Assembly (NCBI GenBank): GCA_965644295.1
Contig: CBFFRP010000400.1
Location: 139,747-203,746 of the forward strand
Reading direction: 5' to 3'
DNA: 64,000 nucleotides
DNA from: Paraphysomonas bandaiensis
Taxonomy: Eukaryota > Protista > Chrysophyceae
This document shows positions 23,385 through 34,610 of this stretch, in pieces; the stretch's first letter is position 1; each line of letters opens with the position of its first letter. Position numbers and translations under genes: made by a program. The notes below the pieces were generated by a model. That model saw only the letters and a program-made list of their open reading frames with translations. It had not been told where the DNA came from and did not search any database.

Positions 23385-25742
23385 ATGAGTGAACCTACCA
23401 AACCCACTACAGAGGCACCAGCCGACTCTACTGAATCTAAGGTACATACACTCTATACATAGTTAATTATATCTACTAATACACACACACACATACAGGC
23501 AAATGAAGCAGTTGAAACAACTGCTACAGCTACAGCTGTATCTACTCGAGATCAGGTGAGGATCTTTCATATAAAACAGTATGGAATAGTCATTGATTTT
23601 ATATGTCAGTATATACAATTAATGCAACAGAAATTAAAAGCAAGATCAGAGGACCCTCATGTGGATCATCAGTTCTGGAATACTCAGGTTTATAATGACT
23701 GCTATGAGTGATATGACTGCTATGAGTGATATGAGTGTGATGACTGAGTATGACTGTTAAGACTGTCATTGTATTGTGTATGTTAAAATTGTCATGACTG
23801 GTGAGTATGAATAATGAGTTTGTATTAGCCCGTCCCTAAACTTGGTGAGACTGCTGAGGGAAATGGTCCCATTGATGAATTCAAGACTCCGGCAGATGTC
23901 AAGCAGGTGAGAGCTGCTTTAAATATGTTGGCGCTGCTCTTTTGCTTATTGTCCTGAATACCTGTGAATTCGCCTTAGTATATTCGATAGAATATATAAC
24001 TATCTACTTTGTCATTGTTAGTATGTTTGAGCTAACTTTTATATAGGAACCATACGGAATGCCAAAAGGGTTCGAGTGGGTTTCGATGGATGTTACTGAT
24101 CCATCTCAGCTGCAAGAAATTTACACCCTTCTCACCGAGAACTACGTAGAAGATGACGACAATATGTTTCGGTACGTGAGTTTTCTCGCGACATTATCTG
24201 TCATGAAATGGTATTGATGACTATTCTCGTTTCCCACGAATACATCTGTGGTACTTTAGATGTGTTTCTATGCGGTGAATTTCAGCCCCTAATCCTTGGA
24301 TTCATAGATTTGACTACTCTGTCGAGTTTCTGCAATGGGCACTGATGCCCCCCGGGTATCTCGTAGATTGGCACGTTGGTGTGCGCACGACCAACAACAA
24401 CAAGCTAGTGGGGTTTATCACTGCCATCCCCGCTGACATATCGGTACACGACACTGTTCAGCCAATGGTGGAGATCAATTTCTTATGCGTGCATAAGAAG
24501 ATAAGGTATCAACGTCTTATACATAAAATAAAGTTACCTTATACCACTTAAGATCGAAGCGGCTGGCCCCAGTTCTCATCAAGGAGATCACACGCAGAGT
24601 TAATGTCCAGGACAGATGGCAGGCAGTATATACCGCGGGTGTGGTTATTCCGAAGCCCGTTTCTCGGTGCAGGTACTGGCACAGGTCCCTGAACCCAAAA
24701 AAGCTATACGAGGTATGCATTCGCACCTTGTGTCTGTAGCCCAATATTATAGGGGGTGTAATACCACAGGTGCGATTTTCTCGTCTTGGAGATCGTATGA
24801 CTCTAGCAATGGCCATCAAGCTGTACAAGGTAAAGGAGAGGCCTGTGCATGCTTTGGAACCAATGGAGGCACGGGACGTGCCATCTGTTTGCGCACTTCT
24901 AACCAATTACCTCCAGAAGTAAGTATCGTTGTACGATTCGAAAACACCATGTACAGAACATATATAATGCTCACATTCCGTTGGCCTGTACCGAATCAGT
25001 TGGCTAAGAGTTGCCCTGTTTCACATGCCAACGGTATATTATAACTCTGCTGAGTGAACGTGTGGCGAACAACTCGCCGTACTGATGGTTGCGTTACGGG
25101 CTACAGTTGCACAAACATTATAATATGCATTATCCGAACATATTAAGCATCATGTTCTGTAATATTGTACGGCTGTGATATATATTGCCTGTGCTATGTA
25201 GTAGTGGGTAATACCTTGTATTTTTATATGGTAGGACCAAGCTTCACCCTGTGCTCAATGAGGATGATGTTGCTCACTGGATGCTGCCAAGAGAAGGTGT
25301 TGTGAACTCGTATGTCATAAGGGTAAGTACGTGTGTCGAATCTATCCTCGCTGATAATTTATTGTCATCATTTCGACGTTTTGATTGTGGTAATCATTAT
25401 TTTCGTGTGATATAGGGCGAGGATGGCGCTGCGACGGATGTTTGTTCCTTTTATCACTTGCCTTCTACCATTATCGGGCACCCCAAGCACAATAAGCTGA
25501 ATGCTGCCTACTCCTACTACAACGTCGCCAATACGATCTCTCTCCATGACTTATTCAAAGATATGCTTTCTCTCGCGAAGGCCAAGGATGTGGATGTATT
25601 TAACTGTCTTGACCTGATGGACAATGCGACGATGTTCAGTGACCTCAAATTTGGTCAGGGTGATGGCAATCTCCAGTACTACCTATACAACTGGAAATGC
25701 CCTGAGATAACGCCATCTGAGACTGGTTTGGTTCTGCTATAA
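23385..25742 (+). CDS. NMT: Glycylpeptide N-myristoyltransferase, ~10 exons
   Basis: HQFWNTQ|[79 protein letters not shown]. Confidence 0.97.
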
Positions 25743-26050
25743 CCACTACATCTTAGGCCGGTTTGGTTCTGCTTTGAGAGCAGATGTGGCGCATATCGCG
25801 AAATATTAGTATTTAAAGCCTTACTCAGGAGGAGGTAGTGTTGTGTACTCTGCTAGTGCGGTAGTCGTCCATATTAGATAATGGTGAAATAATAAGTTAC
25901 AACAATGCCCTCATAAGGCTACTATTAATTTTCTACTGGAGATGGTTAATTCAGTTCAGTTGTAGTACAGTAGAATATCCTTTATTTGTAATATTGCGCC
26001 CAACTCAATATTGGTGAGGCCACTGGATCTGACGCCACCTTTGTGATATC

Positions 26051-26308
26051 TATTAGGAGTCATTGAATCACGTATATCTCTTAACGCGTGAATACAACAC
26101 ACATATACAATGAAATACCAAATAGACTGAATAATTACCAAACTATACATGATACGCGACTGTACAAGATACGCACATGTGTGTGGTGCTAACGCTCTGC
26201 TCAAACGTGTCTTGCTATTATACTATTAGGCCTTATCGTTCCATCTTTATCTCTAATAATATCAAGTATATTCTTACTAAATATTAAGACTAACCTTAAA
26301 TCTTATTT
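26051..26308 (+). repeat. 5' LTR of copia element 1
   Basis: Identical to 31419-31676. Confidence 0.95.
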
Positions 26309-26317
26309 TGGCAGCGG

Positions 26318-29300
26318 ATGAGTTCTAAGACTAACAGTTACGATAACTCCGACTCCGACTCATCGGACAAGAGGAAGGATTCCATGCCACCCTTCGACGC
26401 CAAGAACTTCTCAAAATGGCAGAAGAAAAGTAGAGCCTGGTTCTTTCGTAAGCCTAAGATAGTATACATCCTAAGAAACGATGCGCCAGAGGAGCCTATA
26501 CGTCAAGAGGAAGAAACAGAAGAGGACTACCTATACAGGAAAAACGCCTACGACGAAAATATGCAGTATTTCGAGGAGGGCAACAATTACCTATGGTCAC
26601 TTCTATCCAGCGCGGTGATTGGCCAAAACGAGGAAGCAGAGGGTATTATCGAAACAGTCCCTGAAGGAGATGGAAAAAGGGCATGGTCAGAGATCGAAAA
26701 GCATTTCAAAGACAAGACCTCAAATGATACGATAACCGACCTCATTGGCCAACTGCAATCAATCAAAATCAAGCAAGCTCAAACAATCAATCAATTCCTG
26801 GACGAAGTCGAAAAATTGCGATTAAAGCTCGCTACACATGGCCACAAAGTCTCTGAACAAGACCTTATTTCAAGAATACGACAAGGGATGGTCTCAAATG
26901 AGAACCAGACCTATAAGGACCTGGCAATCAACCTCCAAATGAACCCAATTGATGATTATAAAACGCTGATAAGAAGATTGAGAGCATTCGAGCATTCCAC
27001 TGTAGGCTCCCTACTATCACAAAATACGGAAACCAAACGGGACAGCGCAAACTACAGCTCAACAGGCAAACAGCCGTTTAACCCCCGTCTACCGAAGAAG
27101 CAGAAGCACAACAACGGGCAGCGAAAACAGAAGAAATTCAACAAGCCCAGCAAAGTCACAAGAGCCTCGCGCGAAGTTAAGTGCTTCAGATGCAATGGAT
27201 CCAACCACATTGCAGCAGAGTGCAAGCACTCGTGGGAACACATACAACAGATGCAGAAGTCCACAAACAAACGAAACGACGACAAAAGAGGGAAAGGGCA
27301 TCATTCCAAGAACACATCATCAAAATACCCAAGAAACAGTCATCGGGATTCGAACTTAAGACTGGAAGACTATGACGATGAGGGGCCAAACGATGACAAT
27401 GACTACAGTGCATTCTCTGGGATGATCACAGACAACCACGTCCTACATACGGAACACGAGAAGCAGGAATTTGGCATTCTAGACTCTGGCTGCACAATAT
27501 CAATTACAGCAGCACGAAGCTTACTCTCCGAATTCACTTACGATCAAACCACAATTTACACCGCCAAATCAGGATCAGAAATGCAGGCATTGGGATACGG
27601 CAAGCTTGGACTGATTAGCAAGTGCAGGCTAGTTCCAGACGCGTCAAAGACTTTAATTTCCATCAGCCAGTTGACAACAGACGCCAACTGCAATATTATA
27701 TTCGGACCAAACGAGGCACGCGTATACCACGATGGAATTTTGTTGACCACAGCCAGGAAACAAAACGGTCTATACGAGATCAAATTATCCGATTTAGGTT
27801 ACATCCAAGACCAGTGCAACTTGGCATCTACATCAAGCGGTTCCTCGATCTCCCTGGCACATCGAAGGTTGACCCACGCATCCATTGGCTTAATTCAAAA
27901 AGCACTAAAGTTGAATCTTGTGAAAGGAATCACTATTTCAAAATCCGACCTGAGCTCGCCACAGCTACCAGAAGGTCTTTGTGATGGCTGCGCACAAGGC
28001 AAGGCTCACAGGAGGAAACATAGGCGCGAGACAAGGCAAATGATACCGACAAAAACCAGAAGATCGCAGGAGCTTGGAGGACTTATAGCAGTTGATTTTA
28101 CTGGACCATTTTCACCTCCAGCAATAGTCACAGGAAACACCGTAGTCTTTGGAGCTACCGATGCAGCTTCAAGATACAGTTGGACATTCTATGGAAAACA
28201 CAGAACCGAGGATTTTGTCATTGAGTGCATTCAGAAAATTGTGGATTATCTGCATTCGAAAGGCAAACGGCTAATACACTATCATGCTGATGGTGGCCGT
28301 GAGCTAGTATCACATCGTGTACTGAACTTGCTGAGAAAATTAGGATCAACCTGGACCTTCAACGCTCCGTACACGCCAGAAGACAACCCCATACAAGAAC
28401 GACCATGGCGCACGACCAAGGAAAGAACGCTTGCATCCATTTGCAACTCGGGCCTACCACCCAACTTCTGGGAACAGGCTATGTCCACCGTCACGCATAT
28501 GAAAAATCGCCTGCCATGCGCCACTGCAAAGGGATTCATATCACCGTATCAGTTCATCCACGACGAGGCCCCCGATTTATCTTACGCCAGGATTTGGGGC
28601 TGCAAATGCCATACATTCATAGACAAGTCTCAGAGAAGAAACGATTGGTCTCCACATAGCCATATTGGGTACTTCATGGGATACCGAGAAGATGGACCAG
28701 GGTACGTCATATATGTACCTTCACTCAAGGACTTCGTAATCTCAAGTCACGTCTTTTTCAATGAGTGCATCCCCGACGTCAAGGAAAACTACTACGCTGA
28801 AATCGAATCATCACTGAGAGAAGAAAATTCAGAGAATCGAACAACCGAGAGCTTCCAATACCTCGTTGGAATGACCCACACAGATCCACAGGATGGCCTC
28901 CAATACATCACGACAAGAATCACAGTCATCAAAGGCCACGTGGCTGCTTACAGAGGATTGGCCCCACGAGAAAATGAAGGGCGAGTCATCGAGTTAAATG
29001 ACCCAATACACGCTGCGGACATCGAAAGATACACCGCCGAGCACTTCAGTTATCAGAACGCGGTATCACCCCCGCAAGAGGAACCAGGATGCCCCGTGGA
29101 AGGAACAGCTCCAGGGAGGAGCAGTTCAACCGATAGCCGTCATGACGCCACACGGGGCGGGAGTCACAGCCATTTGAGAGGACCCTACTCAAATGAAAAG
29201 GAGGCAAGGCCTCGCCGCACAGCAGAAGCTCAGCGGAATACAGTGCCGAAGGAGGCACGGGGTGACAACAAGCGTGATCACCCTGCTCGTAAGGTCAAAC

Positions 29301-31183
29301 GAGCTATCAAGACTGTGAATTCCCAGGGTGACAGGAGCCGGCAAAGCCCGGGTGGCACAATTACGGGTGTAAGGACACCCCACCGACACAAGGTGAGCCG
29401 TTGCGTAAAGAAAAGTCTCCACAGCAAGAGGCAGACCAGGAAAAGGGTAATCATGAATGTACACAAATTCGGTGATAATATATACCACTGTGATGTTGAT
29501 AAAAGATATTTGTACAACCACAAAACACCTGATAAACATGATAGTTACAGAACATTATACATGAATGATGTTGACATCATTATGCATGCAAATGACACAT
29601 GTAGCAATGATGTACCTAACACACCTAACAATGTTGGCGAGGCACTATCAGGCAGGTACAAGGAACAATGGCTGAAAGCCATCAACAAAGAAATCAAGTC
29701 TCTAGAGAGCAAAGGCTGTTGGAGGATAACGACACCACCAGCAAATTCCAACATTATAAGGGGAAAATTCGTGTTTAGGGTAAAGGTCAAGCGAGATGAG
29801 GTTACCTTCAAGGCGAGGTTAGTGGCTCAAGGTTTCTCCCAGGTCGAGGGTAAAGACTACAACGAAACCTACAGCCCAGTCGCAAAGGCCACATCAATGA
29901 GAACAGTCATAGCACTAGCAACTATACTTGGGTTGGAGCTTCACCAGGTAGATTTCTCTACTGCTTACATCAATGCAGACCTCCAAGAGGAAATTTACAT
30001 GTATCCACCCGCTGGTCTCAATGTTCCAAACGGTAAAGTCCTCAGACTTCTAAAGAGTATATACGGACTCAAACAGTCCGGGTTAAATTGGTATAAATGT
30101 TGTACTAATTATTTGTTAGACTGTGGTTTTACCAGATTAGTGTCCGACCCGTGCATATTCACGAAATCAATCAATGGTCGACCCATAATTCTGGCAGTTT
30201 ACGTCGATGACATCATTATCGCCGGTAAAAGTAGGACTGACATCATCCAAATCAAGAATTCGTTAGCTGAAAAATTCGACATTCATGATCTCGGCCTCCT
30301 AGATTACTACCTCGGCATATTCGTCAAACAGGATATACAGAATCGAACTACGACACTAAATCAATCTCAATACATACGGAACCTACTCCACAGATTCAAC
30401 ATGGAAGATTGCAAGCCACGTAGTCACCCCATGACAACAAATTTTCATATAGACATTCTCGAAAAGAAACAACTATCTCAAGAAAATCAAGAATTTGTCC
30501 AAAATTTTCCTTACAAGGAGCTCATAGGTTCACTTATGTATATTGCTGTGTGCACTAGACCTGATATTGCATATGCTGTAAACACCCTTGCTCGTTTCAG
30601 TACTAATCCAAATCTAACTACATGCAAAGCCGCATTAAACATACTTAGGTACCTCAAAGGCACTATCGATCAAGGTCTACAGTACTCCGGGAAGTCTGTT
30701 ACTTTAACTGGATTCGCTGACAGTGATTGGGCACGCTGTAACTTAACTCGCAGGTCGACCACAGCGTTTTGCTTCTTTATTGGAAATTGTCTCATTTCCT
30801 GGCAATCACGACTCCAGACCACTGTAGCTCTATCCTCTACAGAAGCGGAGTACATGGCACTATCAACAGCATGTCAAGAAGCTATTTGGCTACGGTCACT
30901 ACTCTCGGAATTGGGCTTCCACATGCCATACTCAACAACCATATGGTGTGACAACAAAGGTGCAATTCAACTATGCCTAAACCCCGTACACCACCGACGA
31001 ACAAAACATATTGCCATCAGATATCACTTCATAAGAGAACAAGTCGCATCGCACTCTATTATTGTTGATTACATGCCTACAAACGAGATGCTGGCCGACA
31101 TTCTAACTAAACCCCTCACATCAAACACGTTCCACAGATTGCGGGATTCACTAATGGGGGGGAGGTATCAACATACCTGCTAG
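26318..31183 (+). CDS. Copia gag-pol polyprotein (Gag, protease, integrase, RT, RNase H), 1621 aa
   Basis: Zn knuckle CFRCNGSNHIAAEC; protease LDSGCT; integrase HRRLTH..CDGC and D-D-E; RT KARLVAQG, YGLKQS, YVDD; RNase H ADSDWA, TEAEY, DNKGA, ADILTK. Confidence 0.98.
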   Translation: MSSKTNSYDNSDSDSSDKRKDSMPPFDAKNFSKWQKKSRAWFFRKPKIVYILRNDAPEEPIRQEEETEEDYLYRKNAYDENMQYFEEGNNYLWSLLSSAVIGQNEEAEGIIETVPEGDGKRAWSEIEKHFKDKTSNDTITDLIGQLQSIKIKQAQTINQFLDEVEKLRLKLATHGHKVSEQDLISRIRQGMVSNENQTYKDLAINLQMNPIDDYKTLIRRLRAFEHSTVGSLLSQNTETKRDSANYSSTGKQPFNPRLPKKQKHNNGQRKQKKFNKPSKVTRASREVKCFRCNGSNHIAAECKHSWEHIQQMQKSTNKRNDDKRGKGHHSKNTSSKYPRNSHRDSNLRLEDYDDEGPNDDNDYSAFSGMITDNHVLHTEHEKQEFGILDSGCTISITAARSLLSEFTYDQTTIYTAKSGSEMQALGYGKLGLISKCRLVPDASKTLISISQLTTDANCNIIFGPNEARVYHDGILLTTARKQNGLYEIKLSDLGYIQDQCNLASTSSGSSISLAHRRLTHASIGLIQKALKLNLVKGITISKSDLSSPQLPEGLCDGCAQGKAHRRKHRRETRQMIPTKTRRSQELGGLIAVDFTGPFSPPAIVTGNTVVFGATDAASRYSWTFYGKHRTEDFVIECIQKIVDYLHSKGKRLIHYHADGGRELVSHRVLNLLRKLGSTWTFNAPYTPEDNPIQERPWRTTKERTLASICNSGLPPNFWEQAMSTVTHMKNRLPCATAKGFISPYQFIHDEAPDLSYARIWGCKCHTFIDKSQRRNDWSPHSHIGYFMGYREDGPGYVIYVPSLKDFVISSHVFFNECIPDVKENYYAEIESSLREENSENRTTESFQYLVGMTHTDPQDGLQYITTRITVIKGHVAAYRGLAPRENEGRVIELNDPIHAADIERYTAEHFSYQNAVSPPQEEPGCPVEGTAPGRSSSTDSRHDATRGGSHSHLRGPYSNEKEARPRRTAEAQRNTVPKEARGDNKRDHPARKVKRAIKTVNSQGDRSRQSPGGTITGVRTPHRHKVSRCVKKSLHSKRQTRKRVIMNVHKFGDNIYHCDVDKRYLYNHKTPDKHDSYRTLYMNDVDIIMHANDTCSNDVPNTPNNVGEALSGRYKEQWLKAINKEIKSLESKGCWRITTPPANSNIIRGKFVFRVKVKRDEVTFKARLVAQGFSQVEGKDYNETYSPVAKATSMRTVIALATILGLELHQVDFSTAYINADLQEEIYMYPPAGLNVPNGKVLRLLKSIYGLKQSGLNWYKCCTNYLLDCGFTRLVSDPCIFTKSINGRPIILAVYVDDIIIAGKSRTDIIQIKNSLAEKFDIHDLGLLDYYLGIFVKQDIQNRTTTLNQSQYIRNLLHRFNMEDCKPRSHPMTTNFHIDILEKKQLSQENQEFVQNFPYKELIGSLMYIAVCTRPDIAYAVNTLARFSTNPNLTTCKAALNILRYLKGTIDQGLQYSGKSVTLTGFADSDWARCNLTRRSTTAFCFFIGNCLISWQSRLQTTVALSSTEAEYMALSTACQEAIWLRSLLSELGFHMPYSTTIWCDNKGAIQLCLNPVHHRRTKHIAIRYHFIREQVASHSIIVDYMPTNEMLADILTKPLTSNTFHRLRDSLMGGRYQHTC

Positions 31184-31418
31184 CAATAAAAGAACAAAAG
31201 TATCTATCCCACCGGCAGAGAACTCAACCAAGAGACCACGATGGATGACTTAGAGATCTACGGAGTTTCCCACGAGTATGCTGTATGTTGACATCAGTGT
31301 AATCCACAATCTGTGATTGCACTCGTGGGTTTTACCCTCAGTAGAACTATCTCCAAATATATACACCTATATCCATATATCTATGTATACGCCATATGAT
31401 TATTTCATTGAGGGGGAG

Positions 31419-31676
31419 TATTAGGAGTCATTGAATCACGTATATCTCTTAACGCGTGAATACAACACACATATACAATGAAATACCAAATAGACTGAAT
31501 AATTACCAAACTATACATGATACGCGACTGTACAAGATACGCACATGTGTGTGGTGCTAACGCTCTGCTCAAACGTGTCTTGCTATTATACTATTAGGCC
31601 TTATCGTTCCATCTTTATCTCTAATAATATCAAGTATATTCTTACTAAATATTAAGACTAACCTTAAATCTTATTT
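31419..31676 (+). repeat. 3' LTR of copia element 1
   Basis: Follows the polypurine tract; identical to the 5' LTR. Confidence 0.95.
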
Positions 31677-31690
31677 ATATCATCTACTAC

Positions 31691-32553
31691 CAGGGCTGTG
31701 GAACAATTACTTGGTTTTCAATTGTCAATTATTAGTAACCGTTAATGGTAGTGGCATTAATGGCCATTGATGGTATTCCATTCAGCAGTGGCATGTACTG
31801 GAACTTGATATAATATATAGAACTAAGTGAATTCTAAACAATGTTCATGCAATTCTGCAGCTACTCTGTGGCAACTTTGTTCATTATCAGCTGCTTTGTT
31901 TTCTGAGCAAGCAAATCGGAATTCCTTATTGATGAAAGATATAAAGACGCTTAAGAATGCCAGTTTCTTCTATCCGACAGCAATCACGACAAACGTGAAG
32001 GACCTGAATTTGCACAGCGTGTTCTGGACAGCGCCGAGGTCACCAAGAGAGCTTGACTTGGCACCTATGAGTCCATCTACCGCTGCCCGCTGCTTGCTAA
32101 TAAAAGCACAATCTAATGTTGTTGTTGTTGAGAGGATCTTTAGTCGTGCAAAGTTGATTCTGACACGTGAGCGTAGAAATATGCATCTAGAATCGTTGTT
32201 ATTCCTACGAGCCAATTTCATATTGTGTGCTGCTTATGCCCTCCATGAATTCCTGCAAGCAGATCCAGGTGGGTCAGTGGAGAGCGAAAAGTAGTTGCAT
32301 TTCGTAGTATGTTACGTAAAACTAAATTAGTAAAAGTAAGAGAGTACCACGCTATCTATTATGAGCGGAATTACCTACTTTTAGGTAGCAATGGTAATTA
32401 ATGGTTAAGTCGGTGTAATCTTGAAACCTGGTAAAGTGATTTCACCAGGTTTCATATATATATATATGGAAAATAATAGTAGGACAGCTAATAATAGTCA
32501 TTGCAATATTATAATTGATCAAAAAAATTGTAATTAATATGTCCAGAGCATTG
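31691..32553 (+). mobile_element. hAT-like DNA transposon remnant, copy 1 (boundaries tentative)
   Basis: ORF 31827-32294 contains SNVVVVERIFSRAKLILTRERRNM.LESLLFLRAN, resembling the hAT dimerisation domain. Left end CAGGGCTGTGGA has only a weak inverted match at ~32542-32553; no TSD seen. Confidence 0.65.
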
Positions 32554-32995
32554 TGGAGGCTCTCATCAGTGACAAGGAGAACGGAAAAATTTAGCTATTG
32601 CTTTTATCGATAACAATTCAGTGAACCTTATGTGCAAATAATTATTCTACCAGCAATCTAACAGGCATAAGATGTTTGGTGATGCAGCTACTTTCTTGGT
32701 TACCCGTTCTTCCTTGATCTGCTGGAGTTCTAAAGCAGCATCAACAGACAGGTAGCAATTAAAATGTAAAAATGCGGAAAAAGTGAGTTGACGCAGTAAA
32801 TTGTATAATTGAAAGCTTTTGGTTGTATTGCACCGCCTTCCCTCATTTATCATTTCTAGTGAAGAGTTCGCTGAGTAAATTTTAAAGATCTGCCCGTTTA
32901 CCCACAAACAGCGTTTTCTACAAGATAATTGAAAGTTTATTATCGTTCACACACTGAATACAAAAGAATACAACCACACAATTCGCTAGCATACG

Positions 32996-34081
32996 TTAGC
33001 ATATATTTCGTTTTTTACCTATGAAATATACACCAGTGAAGTTTCTACCATTTACACTAAATGACCTCACATCTTTACCTCGCTTCTCATAAAGAGAATC
33101 AAACCCAGATAAAAAAGAATCAACTACACTCTCCCGAACACGTATCGGGTGTAGCAATGCGTCTAAGTCAAGTACATCAGGAGGAGTGTAATTATCCCAC
33201 CACCTCTCATGAAAAATCAGTGTTCCACCAGGCTTTAAAGCGTTGTACGTATTGCGCAGTACTTTCACTGCGTTCTCCACATGCTCCAGAACATTCACAA
33301 TCATCAAAGCGTCAAATGATTCGAACATTAAATCCAAATGTTCGGCTCCAGCGTTAATAATTGTTGCCCCGCCAGGAGCAATGTTATTCACTCGGCCCGT
33401 TCTATAGGGACAGCTCTTGACATGTGCCGCGTAGCTAAGTGCATTAGGGTCCAGCAGCACATACCGTGATACACTATAATTACGTTCTTGAAGCATACCT
33501 AATGACTGCGTCCATGGACCAGCACCAACTTCAATAAAAGATCCTAAATTACTGCCATCTGGAGCCACTGCTTTATAGCCATTAAAATCTACCTTGTGCT
33601 CTTCTACTCTATCACCGACAGACGAATCGACATCGATGGATGCAATATCCCACAAAGCAGCCTCTGCTTCACGAGCAAGATTCCAGCGACTAGGAGACAC
33701 AGCCCATACACCATCAGACGTATAAAAACATTTATCGTTTTTATTAACATGATCAGATTGTGTGAAATCATTTGTTTTTATTGTACAAGATGGACCACTC
33801 CATCCAGGTAAACAAAAACATTTTCCTAATAAGTTTTCACCATTACCATTGCAATGATTACTTATGCATTTATGTCCTCTTGTATGTCCCTTTTCAATCC
33901 TTATATTCGAATCTTTCCATCCATATATTGATATATGATGAAGTATAAATTCAGGTGAACAGATTGAATGATGAGATGTATGATCATATCGTTTTATTAT
34001 ACATTTATTTATAAAATTAGCTGTTGTATATGTAGTGAATATAGATATGAATAGAGTGTGTATGAATTGAATATATCGCAT
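32996..34081 (-). CDS. Secreted EGF-like domain + class I SAM-dependent methyltransferase
   Basis: Signal peptide; CISNHCNGNG..CFCLPGWSGPSC; FIEVGAGP (motif I); FDALMIVNVLEHV; LKPGGTLIF. Confidence 0.85.
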   Translation of the reverse strand: MRYIQFIHTLFISIFTTYTTANFINKCIIKRYDHTSHHSICSPEFILHHISIYGWKDSNIRIEKGHTRGHKCISNHCNGNGENLLGKCFCLPGWSGPSCTIKTNDFTQSDHVNKNDKCFYTSDGVWAVSPSRWNLAREAEAALWDIASIDVDSSVGDRVEEHKVDFNGYKAVAPDGSNLGSFIEVGAGPWTQSLGMLQERNYSVSRYVLLDPNALSYAAHVKSCPYRTGRVNNIAPGGATIINAGAEHLDLMFESFDALMIVNVLEHVENAVKVLRNTYNALKPGGTLIFHERWWDNYTPPDVLDLDALLHPIRVRESVVDSFLSGFDSLYEKRGKDVRSFSVNGRNFTGVYFIGKKRNIC

Positions 34082-34221
34082 TAGATATGAGATCCAGTGA
34101 TTACTATGGGCGAATGTAACGGTGTTACTATGGTAGGATAGAGAGATAATAAGAGGGATGGTATGGATAGAAGGAATAAGAAGGATGGATGATAGTGCTG
34201 AGATATGATAGAGTGCATGTG

Positions 34222-34370
34222 CGTATCGGCATCATTTGTATATTTGTTGAAGGATGCCTCTAATATTGAGACAATAATTATGTACATTCCATCCGTAGTT
34301 GTATTGCAGTTCTATAGAATATATTTGCCTCAATATATTTCCGAAAAATAAGATACTGACTGCCCATACG
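34222..34370 (+). mobile_element. MITE family A, copy 3 (complete)
   Basis: TIRs CGTATCGGCA / TGCCCATACG; flanked by TG..TG. Confidence 0.85.
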
Positions 34371-34373
34371 TGC

Positions 34374-34461
34374 TACATACATACATACATACATATACAC
34401 AAATACATATACATACATACATACATACATACATACATACATACATACATACATACATACA

Positions 34462-34493
<32 letters not shown>

Positions 34494-34579
34494 CATACAT
34501 ACATACATACATACATACATACATACATACATACATACATACATACATACATACATACATACATACATACATACATACA

Positions 34580-34609
<30 letters not shown>
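34374..34609. repeat. (TACA)n microsatellite
   Basis: Direct observation. Confidence 0.99.

Positions 34610-34610
<1 letters not shown>

Larger units (their letters stand above)
26051..31676 (+). mobile_element. Full-length intact Ty1/copia LTR retrotransposon (5626 bp)
   Basis: Identical 258-bp LTRs; 5-bp TSD ATATC (26046-26050, 31677-31681); PBS-like TGGCAGCGG at 26309; PPT GAGGGGGAG before 31419; single uninterrupted polyprotein. Confidence 0.98.

Noticed and set aside
26587-30951. Short antisense/alternative-frame ORFs within the copia polyprotein and other genes
   Set aside because: Shadow ORFs without motifs, overlapping well-supported CDSs.
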